DNA of 64,000 bases from Bacteroidales bacterium UBA4070 (GTDB lineage Bacteria > Bacteroidota > Bacteroidia > Bacteroidales > VadinHA17), in assembly GCA_002383485.1 (NCBI GenBank), contig DFYY01000022.1, positions 91,575 through 155,574 of the forward strand, given 5' to 3'. The translations under genes and the position numbers were made by a program. The notes under the pieces were generated by a model, which saw nothing but the letters and a program-made list of their open reading frames with translations, had not been told where the DNA came from and did no database searches. Every line of letters begins with the position of its first letter. Position 1 is the first letter of the stretch. Below are positions 46,472 to 54,538 of this stretch, piece by piece.

Positions 46472-47392
46472 ATGAACAGTAAGCTTAAGATTCTGCCACT
46501 GATACTGGGCGTAACCGCCCTTGCCTTCTGCCTGGCTGCCACATCGTGCAAGAGCAAAACCAGGGGTGAGGTTAACAGGGACAAGGAGGAGGCAGTCAGT
46601 CCCGATGAGCAGACGATGGAGCAGATAAAAAGTGCTGAGAAGGTATTCAATGCCCTGCCCACACCGCTTGAGGTGGCCCAGCTGATAAAGGAAGCAGGAG
46701 CGAGGTTTGACGCAACACTGCTCAATCCGGTGGAGAACAAGACCAATTATACCACCAGCAAGAGTATGGCGCTGAATCTTGGTACTTATGTTTGCGATCT
46801 GAGTTTTGCCAGCATGTATGATGAGACTTCTCTGCTTGTGAATTACATGGAGGCAGCGGAAGATATGGCAACCGGTCTTGGCATTATCGATGCCATTGAT
46901 GAATCAACCATAGAAAGGCTGGAGCAGAATATAAACAACCGTGACGTGATTATGGAGATCGTCTCTGAGACCTTTCTCAATTCACAGGCTTACCTGGAAG
47001 ATGATGAGCAGCATGCCATTGCCGCAACAATAATTGCCGGCGGATTCATTGAAGGGCTCTACATCTCAACCAACATGGTTGACATGAAGAACTATAAGGG
47101 AAACAAGCTGGTGACAACCATAGCTGACCAGAAAATGTCAGTTGATGACATGATCCGTTTGCTGGAGACTTACACTGACAATACTGCAATCCGTGAACTG
47201 CTGGGACCGATTCATGAGCTTAAGGGTCTCTTTGACAAAATAGAACGTTCAATCGAGCCCTCAAGTGCCCAGTATAATGAAAAGATCGGTATGACCGAGA
47301 TCACCGGCGCTGCACGATCGGAGATGAAGCAGGATACATTTTTGGCAATCAAGGTGAAGGTTGCAGAGATCAGAAACACATATGTAAAATAG
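46472..47392 (+). CDS. hypothetical lipoprotein
   Basis: The signal peptide has lipobox-like LAATSC. No family recognised. I prefer the ATG at 46472. Confidence 0.5.
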   Translation: MNSKLKILPLILGVTALAFCLAATSCKSKTRGEVNRDKEEAVSPDEQTMEQIKSAEKVFNALPTPLEVAQLIKEAGARFDATLLNPVENKTNYTTSKSMALNLGTYVCDLSFASMYDETSLLVNYMEAAEDMATGLGIIDAIDESTIERLEQNINNRDVIMEIVSETFLNSQAYLEDDEQHAIAATIIAGGFIEGLYISTNMVDMKNYKGNKLVTTIADQKMSVDDMIRLLETYTDNTAIRELLGPIHELKGLFDKIERSIEPSSAQYNEKIGMTEITGAARSEMKQDTFLAIKVKVAEIRNTYVK

Positions 47393-47398
47393 ATACCG

Positions 47399-47842
47399 AT
47401 GAGACAGCTTATACAGACATTACTGGTAACGGCATTGCTCACCCTTCTCGTTCCGGGCGAGGCTGCCGCACAGTGCAAGGGTTTTGCCAAATCGATCTGC
47501 AAGAAGGAACTGGGTGCCTATCTTCATGACGGCAACTATCATGCTGCCGTTCTGGTTGAGGGGGAAGAGGCTGAACTCTACAAGACATTCTACTCTGATC
47601 TGGAGTACCGGCTGACCATCTGCTCTGCTGACGGCATGCCACCGGTTGAGTTTACCATTTATGATGCCACAGGCAAGGTGCTCTACAATAACAAGGATGA
47701 AGGACTGGCGAAGACCTGGGACTTCAAGCTGGAATCGAGCCAGCAGCTTAAGGTTGTAGTCAGGGTAACCACCTTCGGGATCAGGGATCAGCTTCCTGTC
47801 AGCGGATGTGTGGCCATCATGTTTGGCTTCAAGGCGAAATAG
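47399..47842 (+). CDS. hypothetical secreted protein
   Basis: 147 aa with a signal peptide ending ..GEAAAQ. No family recognised. Confidence 0.45.
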   Translation: MRQLIQTLLVTALLTLLVPGEAAAQCKGFAKSICKKELGAYLHDGNYHAAVLVEGEEAELYKTFYSDLEYRLTICSADGMPPVEFTIYDATGKVLYNNKDEGLAKTWDFKLESSQQLKVVVRVTTFGIRDQLPVSGCVAIMFGFKAK

Positions 47843-47866
47843 CTAATGGCATAGGAATGAACAGGG

Positions 47867-47906
47867 CAGGGTGCACAGGAGACTGGCACCCTGTTTCATT
47901 TTTTCC
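47867..47906. terminator. hairpin terminator shared by convergent genes
   Basis: CAGGGTGC (47867-47874) pairs with GCACCCTG (47886-47893), followed by TTTCATTTTTT. Confidence 0.55.
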
Positions 47907-48435
47907 CGTGAGCTATCTGTTCTCTGCATCCGGTGCAGAGCGAAGAGCTCTTGAGATCTATCTCCTCTACGTATGTGCTGGACCGCATTACGCATGCATG
48001 ATTCTGGCAGTGAATAAGCCCGAACGTGTGTCCCAGCTCGTGAATCACCTCCTTAACGGTCCGTGAGAGGAGCAGTTTTTCATCCTGCTTCATTCCGTAA
48101 AGCTCATTGCGCAGACGGAATACAGAGGCAATTGCGTCGCTCTTTCCCAGGATGGCCTGGCCGAAGATATATGTGAGGATCGGAATATAGATATCCACTC
48201 TGAACAAACCCACCAGCTTGGTGTAATGTGATGCTGTGCAGAGTGGAATATGGCGCAGCAGCCTGTCTCCGTCATACTGTCTTCGGGTGGGATTATAGAA
48301 AGGGTTAAGGTCAAGATGGCACTCTTCGGTCATGACGCCGGTCCTGTATTCATTACCGACAGCCGTGGCCACCTGCCTCAGAAATTCCCTGTCAAACTGG
48401 CTGCAGGAAAGCAATATAATCCTCTTTTCTTCCAA
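47896..48435 (-). CDS. archaemetzincin-like zinc metalloprotease
   Basis: HELGHTFGLIHCQNHACVM...CTGC closely matches the archaemetzincin signature HEXXHXXGX3CX4CXM...CXXC. The start is uncertain. TTG at 48435 gives about 179 aa and avoids overlap with the regulator gene; the longest ORF extends to 48549. Confidence 0.7.
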   Translation of the reverse strand: MEEKRIILLSCSQFDREFLRQVATAVGNEYRTGVMTEECHLDLNPFYNPTRRQYDGDRLLRHIPLCTASHYTKLVGLFRVDIYIPILTYIFGQAILGKSDAIASVFRLRNELYGMKQDEKLLLSRTVKEVIHELGHTFGLIHCQNHACVMRSSTYVEEIDLKSSSLCTGCREQIAHGKK

Positions 48436-48455
48436 TGTGCAGGTATCAGGACAGG

Positions 48456-49796
48456 TTACTTCTTTTGCTTCAGGCCATACTTTCTGATCTTGTTGTAGAG
48501 GGTCACCCTGTCGACATTCAGCGCCCTGGCCGAGCGGGAAACATTCCACTCATATTTTGAGAGGATCTGTTCAATATGCTTCTTTTCAATTTCCTCCAGG
48601 CTCTCAACCGGGCTGTCAACAGCCTCCCTGCCCATTGGCAGATCCTTAAGTCTTATCTCCCTGCCGTTACCAATAACAATGGCGCGTTCAATCATGTTTT
48701 CCAGTTCCCTTACATTACCCGGAAATTCGAATTTCTCCAGTTGTTTCATTGCGGTGGGCTCTATGGCGATCAGGTCACGACTCATGGAGGTGCAGTATTT
48801 CCTGATGAAATGATTGACAAGCAGAGGGATGTCATCCGGTCTCTCGCGCAGCGGCGGGATGGTAATATTGACTACGTTCAGCCTGTAGTACAGGTCTTCG
48901 CGGAAGGTGCCGTTATGGACCATTGTCTTCAGGTCACGGTTGGTAGCACAGATGACCCTGAAATCAGATGTTATTTCCTTGTTACCACCTACCCTGTGAA
49001 AGCTTTTGGTTTCCAGTACCCTGAGCAGCTCAATCTGCATCTTGGGAGAGACGGTTGCGATCTCGTCAAGGAAAATTGTTCCGCCGTCGGCCATCTCGAA
49101 CCGTCCCTTACGGTTGAAGGTAGCTCCGGTGAAGGCGCCTTTCTCGTGGCCGAAGAGTTCACTCTCAAGGAGGCTTTCTGTCAACGCCCCGCAATGAACA
49201 CTGACCAGGGGGAAGTACCTTCTGGGGGAGTTGGCATGTATGGCCCTGGCAACCAGCTCTTTGCCAGTACCGCTCTCTCCGGTAATTATAACTGAGGAAT
49301 TAGACTGAGCAACACTCTCAATCTGCTCCAGGAGTCTCCGGATTGCTTCACTCTGTCCTATGATATCATCGATATCCTCCAGGGTGGTCACTCTCTTTTT
49401 AAGAGCTTCGTTTTCCTTGCTGAGACTGATCTGGGCCCCGGCATTGCGAATGAGGTGCGAGAGATCGTCAGGGTCAAACGGTTTGGTGACGTAATCATAC
49501 GCACCGTCCTTCAGCGCCTGTACCGCCGTCTCCACTGAGGCAAAGGCAGTCATAATGATGACGATGGATTCGCTGTTGAGTGCCTTTATCCTTCTCTGAA
49601 GCTCCAGCCCGTCCATCCCCGGCATCTTAATGTCAACCAGGATGATGTTGAATACTCTGTGTTCAAGGAGTTGGAGAGCTTTTTTTGCATTTTCTGCGGC
49701 TTCAACCTCGTAGCCGTCCTCGATGAACCAGTTGAGAAGGGAATCCCTTACAGAGTCCTCGTCATCAACTATCAGTATGGAAATCTTTTCTGCCAT
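48456..49796 (-). CDS. sigma-54-dependent response regulator (REC, AAA+ EBP and Fis-type HTH)
   Basis: The REC domain is ILIVDDE..DIKMPGMDG. The AAA+ Walker A is GESGTGKE, and the GAFTGA loop is present (HEKGAFTGA). A C-terminal HTH is present. Confidence 0.9.
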   Translation of the reverse strand: MAEKISILIVDDEDSVRDSLLNWFIEDGYEVEAAENAKKALQLLEHRVFNIILVDIKMPGMDGLELQRRIKALNSESIVIIMTAFASVETAVQALKDGAYDYVTKPFDPDDLSHLIRNAGAQISLSKENEALKKRVTTLEDIDDIIGQSEAIRRLLEQIESVAQSNSSVIITGESGTGKELVARAIHANSPRRYFPLVSVHCGALTESLLESELFGHEKGAFTGATFNRKGRFEMADGGTIFLDEIATVSPKMQIELLRVLETKSFHRVGGNKEITSDFRVICATNRDLKTMVHNGTFREDLYYRLNVVNITIPPLRERPDDIPLLVNHFIRKYCTSMSRDLIAIEPTAMKQLEKFEFPGNVRELENMIERAIVIGNGREIRLKDLPMGREAVDSPVESLEEIEKKHIEQILSKYEWNVSRSARALNVDRVTLYNKIRKYGLKQKK

Positions 49797-49806
49797 CTCC
49801 GGATGT

Positions 49807-51456
49807 TTATGTTGTTTTCAGCGGAAGAGTCATTGAAATGGTTGTTCCCCGGCCAACTTCCGAGTCGACTTCTATCTTGCCATTGTGGTTCTGTACAATG
49901 CCGTGCACGATGGCCAGGCCGAGTCCTATCCCGGATGCATCATGCTTGGTAGTAAAGAACGGTTCAAAAATGTGTGCTATATCTTCCTGTGCAATGCCTG
50001 ATCCGTTATCAGTTACCTCAATTCTGACACTCCTGTCATCGGGGTTCATGGTACGTATCATTATTTCCCCGTTGTCTGATACTGCTTCGGATGCATTCAC
50101 CAGCAGGGCAACGCAGGCCTGCTTAACCTGGTTGGCACTGCATCGGATCAGGTCTGCCTTTGCCTCAATCTTCGGGATGAAGCTGATGTTTGAGATCTTC
50201 GCATGATGGAGCATAATCTCGTAGGTACTTCTGATGATCTCGTTGAGATGATGCTCCTCAAAATCTTCCTGATCCTTGCGTGAGAAACCCAGTAATCCCT
50301 TTACAATATCACCACACCGTTTCGTCTCAGCCTCAATAAGTTTGAGCTGGTTCAGGATGTTTTGTCGCCTGACGGGCGTAAGGTCTTGGTTCTCAATTTG
50401 TTTGCGAACAAGTTTGGTGTAAACCAGTATGCCTGAGAGCGGGTTATTGATTTCATGTGCCACCGAGGCTGACAGTTTGCCGAGGGAGGCAATCCTTTCA
50501 ACGTTCATCAGTTCATTGTTGGCTTCAGACAGTTCCTCCGATTTTTTCTGGACCTTATACTCGAGCTGTTTCGACCAGTTTTCGAGCTCGCTGGTTGCGT
50601 TGTTAATGTTCTCCAGCATATTGTTGAATGCATGGGAAACCAGTTTCATATCATCAAGGAGGTCAGGCGTGACTTCGAGTCTTGTGCCCACTTCTCCCCT
50701 GGAGACAGCTTCGCTGGCCTGAATGAGGCTATGCAACGGGTCCTTTATCCTTTTGCGCGTGAACCATATCAGGGTGGTCACGATAATACCTGAGATCAGC
50801 AGTGCCATGAGAAGAAACTGAACTGATGATTTTTTCAGTGCACTGTCAAGATCTTTCAGCGGCATGCGGATGATCAGTGATCCAAGGACCTCTTCATTCT
50901 TAGTGTGCGCATGACAGCTGGCAGTGTAGCATGATAACTCGTTCAGAATCGGCCTGCGGATAAGCATATGCCTCTGGCCCGGCTGATTAGGCTTCATGGC
51001 GCAGTCACTCTTCTCATCAATAATCATATAGCTTCTCTCTTTCCTGGTAAATATCTCTCCGAGGTCTGAGTGACAGGAGATACAGTCAGGATTGCTGTGA
51101 TTTTCAGCATCAGCGGCAAAGGAAGAATAAGCAAGTATGTCATTCTGGTCGTACAGGTTGACGTCATCAATACCGGGCATCGTGTTGATGATGTCGAGGG
51201 TGCTGTGCAGAGTCCCCTTGTCATTCTCGAGCATCGATTTGTAAAGGGATCCTTCTACTATAGCCCCCACATTGTTGCCGTTCTGCCGGAGGACTGTGTT
51301 GAAATAATTAACATAAACAGTTCTGAAGATTGCGTTGAAAGCAATAAACATGATAATTGCAGCAAGGGAGATGATGGTTACCACCCTGCCATAGATGGTT
51401 GACCTGAACCTGAAATATTTCCGGAAATTCCGGAATGGATTGCCTGAATCCTTCAT
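49807..51456 (-). CDS. sensor histidine kinase with a Cys/His-rich periplasmic domain
   Basis: Two TM helices flank a domain of about 160 aa carrying CISCH and CYTASCH. These are followed by a HAMP-like segment, the H-box SVAHEINNPL and HATPase motifs (DNGSGI, GIGLGL). I prefer the start at 51456 (MKDSGNPF). Confidence 0.85.
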   Translation of the reverse strand: MKDSGNPFRNFRKYFRFRSTIYGRVVTIISLAAIIMFIAFNAIFRTVYVNYFNTVLRQNGNNVGAIVEGSLYKSMLENDKGTLHSTLDIINTMPGIDDVNLYDQNDILAYSSFAADAENHSNPDCISCHSDLGEIFTRKERSYMIIDEKSDCAMKPNQPGQRHMLIRRPILNELSCYTASCHAHTKNEEVLGSLIIRMPLKDLDSALKKSSVQFLLMALLISGIIVTTLIWFTRKRIKDPLHSLIQASEAVSRGEVGTRLEVTPDLLDDMKLVSHAFNNMLENINNATSELENWSKQLEYKVQKKSEELSEANNELMNVERIASLGKLSASVAHEINNPLSGILVYTKLVRKQIENQDLTPVRRQNILNQLKLIEAETKRCGDIVKGLLGFSRKDQEDFEEHHLNEIIRSTYEIMLHHAKISNISFIPKIEAKADLIRCSANQVKQACVALLVNASEAVSDNGEIMIRTMNPDDRSVRIEVTDNGSGIAQEDIAHIFEPFFTTKHDASGIGLGLAIVHGIVQNHNGKIEVDSEVGRGTTISMTLPLKTT

Positions 51457-51614
51457 TTGTCCGGTGATTATATTACCTGGCCATTTGTCCTGATAACAAT
51501 TCCCTGTGACCAGTTGCCCGAAGATGGGCAATTGATCGCAAGGAGTGTGTAATTTTTCTACAATGTACAAATATTCCCTGACTTCCGGAAATGAGTCTGT
51601 TGTGATCCGGTAAA

Positions 51615-52396
51615 TTATTTAAGGAATTCTTTCTGGAGCCTGTTCCATTCTTCAGAATTAAGGGTTGACAGTATATGGTCAACAGGTTCTACTCCGTCCT
51701 GCATATAAACGGCGGCAGTTTCATTTCCTGCTCTGCCGGCAGCACCCGCCTAAAATCCCTGATCCTTTCCAGTTCTTTTCTAAGCCAGTCAGTTGCCCCT
51801 TCAGCCACGGCAAAGCCCGTAACTTCTGCCATCCAGTCGGAGGGTCTGATTGAGCATATCCATCCTTTCCCGTACGGATCATCATGCAGAATCGACGGGT
51901 CCTCTCCAATTGCATGGTTCAGGCAGGTTACCATTCCGCTCAGGGGGGAGACAACTGCAAGTCTTTTGTCTCCCAGGGATATCTTGAGCAGTTTTTCGCC
52001 CCTGGTCAGTCTGCTGCCAGGTTCCTTAAGCACTTATGGCTTTTGTGAAGCATGCAGCATTGCAGGCAGGATCATTGCAATGCATGCACTGCCGCTTGAC
52101 ATAAACTTCGCCTTTGCTGGTCTTATAGGCATTGATCACAGTTCTCCTGATCTCATCCATCTTTCATTCCAGGCCGGCAACAGGCACATCTTCGAAACTT
52201 GGCGCCGGAAGACCGTGAGCCTCTGGCAGGCAGACTCACAGCCCTGGCAGCCGGCACAACGGGTTGAATTATAGAGCATTCCTACAAACTCTGGTTTGTC
52301 CAGGGTTTGCGGTGCAGCACTGATCCGGCTTCCCGTTGCGAGAGTAACGCCGGTGACCCAGAGTGCCTTAAAGAAACTTTGTCTGTCTGTACTCAT
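51615..52396 (-). pseudogene. mosaic, frame-disrupted gene: Tat-signal 4Fe-4S ferredoxin N-terminus joined to a GcvH-like domain
   Basis: My own three-frame reading of the minus strand. It starts with the Tat-like RQSFFKALWVTG and CAGCQGCESAC. A frameshift falls near 52220-52228, then AHGLPAPSFEDVPVAGLE. An in-frame TGA lies at 52164-52166, then KMDEIRR..KRQCMHCNDPACNAAC. A stop lies at 52026-52028, then a GcvH-like segment (SPLSGMV..DDPYGKGWI). A further frameshift falls near 51749-51757, and the tail ..VYMQDGVEPVDHILSTLNSEEWNRLQKEFLK is homologous to the C-terminus of the 555-aa neighbour. Confidence 0.6.
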
Positions 52397-52478
52397 AATG
52401 TTTTCAATCTGGTGAATTGAAGCAAATGATTGTAAATAAACTGTTTAATGATCTCTGGCATTTCAGCCGGATACTCTG

Positions 52479-54146
52479 TTACTGGTTCATGAACCTGATC
52501 TGGTATTCTTCCCATACCTCAGGCCCGAATTCATCAAGAAGCCCCTCTTTGAGTTCACCGCCGTCCTGCAGCACCACATGAGTCAGCCTGACATCGTTCG
52601 CACCTGTCACTGTTGCCACGAAGTCCTTCAGGCGCGCAAATTCTTCAGCTATCTGTTCCCTGTACTTTGTTGCTGCAGTCATAAGGCGCGATTCATTAAG
52701 CCAGTTTTCCGGCTCGATTCCGTATATCCAACCCTCTGCATAAGGGGAGGAGCGGAGCAGAGCCGTATCACCGGTGAGTTTTTCGTTACGCGAAATTATT
52801 GTACCGCTGACGGGTGAGATGATATCAAGTTGCCTGCCTCTCTGGATTACCGATGCAAGGCGTTCTCCCCTGCGGATCTTTTCACCTGCTGCTCTGAGTG
52901 TGACACGTGAAACTGTGCCGGTGACATGCTGCAGAAAATCGTCAATCCCCAGTGTAAGGGTTCCGTTTTTCTCCATGAATGCCCATGTATGGCTTTTGCC
53001 GTAGAGTATTCCGGCCGGTACTGTGACTGTGGCGGGTCCGAATGATCCCACCTCAACAGGCTGTTCACTGACGACGGTCTCAGGAGCACGTGATCTGCTT
53101 AACCGGTAGAGGAGGTATGAAATAATTGAGACTGCTGCTATCACCCCTGCTATCCATATCCATCCACCGGTGCCGGCCTTACGGTGATCTGTAGCCCGGA
53201 TCAGTTCTGTTTCAGGAGCCAGCATCTCTCTTTTGACCATTCCCTCTCCACCCGGAAGAGGTGTAAAACCTGCCTCAGCTATAAGCTCCTGCCCGCCTGA
53301 TAACAACCAGCGGACGAAATCAGCCTTAACTCCTTCGGCAGGCCTGGTTTCTGAGGCGCAGAAGATGCTGCTGAATAGTTCTTTCGGATATTTTCCTATA
53401 TATACACCACGGTTGAAACTGTTATAGTCACCGTAAAACTGTTCAAAATAGTCGGACTGACCATTGGCATTTACATCAATGGGGATGATGCCGATACCTT
53501 CCGGAAGGGCTGTTCCTGTTTCACCTGTCAGGGAAGCCAGCCTGCAGAAGAGGATCATGCCGGGATTCTTTTTGAGGAGGTCTGTTACCTCTCCGGTTGA
53601 AGAGAGACGCGATGCATTTATTGATGCTGCCTCAACGCCGGTAAAGCGTGCAAGGGCATCGACAGCATCGCTCCCGGAAGGAATGCCGGTGGTTACCTGC
53701 AGGGTGCCGTTGTTCCCCAGCAGCCTGCCCCAGGTCAGGGGAGCATCAGCTGTCAGCAGTACGCCGAACATTTGCGGGTCAATTCCTCTTGACATGATTG
53801 CATCATAAAAGGGATTTGCGGTACCCGTCACCGGAACCAGTATGTCACGGGCAACAATTACCTTCCATTCATCCTTCATGTCAACAATGTCAGCCGGAGT
53901 AGCTGAAAAGAACCTGATATCTGCCTGACCGCCTTCACCTGATGGCAGCACTTTCACCACTCTGCCCGGGTACTCGGAGAGGTATCCTTTTACCCATGAT
54001 CCTGCCAGGTTTTCAATCTCCTGCGATACCGAAACGGTAACCGATTCTGCTTTGCCAGCCGGGTGTCTGTCTGACTCTGTCTGTCCGCTCATTATTCCTG
54101 CCTGCAGCAGAATCAGACCTGCGATAATTGCGATAACTCTTTTCAT
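52479..54146 (-). CDS. membrane protein: periplasmic PstS-like substrate-binding domain, one TM helix, cytoplasmic GcvH-like domain
   Basis: 555 aa with a signal peptide. A type-2 binding-protein-like region of about 300 aa follows, a tentative call (..LTWGRLLG..GSDAVDALARF..). The TM helix is GWIWIAGVIAAVSIISYLLY. The C-terminal segment is HTWAFMEKNGTLTLGIDDF...SPVSGTI...SSPYAEGWIY, a glycine-cleavage-H fold pattern without the lipoyl lysine. Confidence 0.7.
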   Translation of the reverse strand: MKRVIAIIAGLILLQAGIMSGQTESDRHPAGKAESVTVSVSQEIENLAGSWVKGYLSEYPGRVVKVLPSGEGGQADIRFFSATPADIVDMKDEWKVIVARDILVPVTGTANPFYDAIMSRGIDPQMFGVLLTADAPLTWGRLLGNNGTLQVTTGIPSGSDAVDALARFTGVEAASINASRLSSTGEVTDLLKKNPGMILFCRLASLTGETGTALPEGIGIIPIDVNANGQSDYFEQFYGDYNSFNRGVYIGKYPKELFSSIFCASETRPAEGVKADFVRWLLSGGQELIAEAGFTPLPGGEGMVKREMLAPETELIRATDHRKAGTGGWIWIAGVIAAVSIISYLLYRLSRSRAPETVVSEQPVEVGSFGPATVTVPAGILYGKSHTWAFMEKNGTLTLGIDDFLQHVTGTVSRVTLRAAGEKIRRGERLASVIQRGRQLDIISPVSGTIISRNEKLTGDTALLRSSPYAEGWIYGIEPENWLNESRLMTAATKYREQIAEEFARLKDFVATVTGANDVRLTHVVLQDGGELKEGLLDEFGPEVWEEYQIRFMNQ

Positions 54147-54188
54147 GATGTACTTTTTTCACTGATAACTTTTCTGAAAACAGGCTTT

Positions 54189-54203
54189 CCAAAAAGCATG
54201 CCA
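54189..54203 (-). promoter_or_regulatory. sigma-54 promoter-like element upstream of the 555-aa gene
   Basis: The minus strand reads TGGCATGCTTTTTGG. The -24 GG is intact and the spacing is correct, but the -12 dinucleotide is GG rather than GC. It lies about 44 nt upstream of the ATG at 54146. Confidence 0.3.
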
Positions 54204-54493
54204 ATACTTGTAATGAACACATTATCAATTATATAATAAAAAAAGTACATGTGGTTAATTTACTGAAGTGTTGATAAATTACACACAAATCTTCTTCAGA
54301 GATTGTGAAAGACAATGAATCAGAATATTAACATTATGTTTAAAATATATACATATGTTTAAAAGTACAACACATATCTCTGAATCAGCTGTGTGTTAAT
54401 TAATGAGGTTTTATGGATTTCCTGGTTAACTGCGAACATAAGGGTGTGGTTGCATGTTTTCCAGTATCTGTTGTACACAGTGACTACTTTGTA

Positions 54494-54501
54494 TATATTT
54501 G
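54494..54501 (+). promoter_or_regulatory. Bacteroidota-type -7 promoter box (TAnnTTTG) upstream of zwf
   Basis: TATATTTG lies 38 nt upstream of the zwf ATG, with a TTG about 20 nt further upstream. Confidence 0.35.
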
Positions 54502-54538
54502 TTATCATTGAGTATTGGAAAAGAAAACTGGCAGATTG

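Noticed and set aside
47885-47899. TGGCAC-N5-TTCAT, resembling a sigma-54 -24/-12 element on the plus strand.
   Set aside because: - It lacks the -12 GC.
- It lies inside the terminator hairpin between convergent genes.
- No downstream plus-strand gene is available for it to drive.
52164-52166. In-frame TGA inside the ferredoxin-like reading frame, followed by a small GATCA...TGATC hairpin. Could it be selenocysteine with a SECIS element?
   Set aside because: - The same gene has at least two frameshifts and a premature stop, so decay explains the TGA better.
- The hairpin has only 5 bp.
- A ferredoxin linker is not a known Sec position.
- Other genes in the window use TGA as a normal stop, which also rules out TGA recoding.
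51675-52274. 199-aa plus-strand ORF across the 51.6-52.3 kb region.
   Set aside because: - It is antisense to the recognisable ferredoxin and GcvH-like fragments.
- It is low-complexity and Ser/Leu-rich, and I recognise no family.
- It is a shadow ORF.
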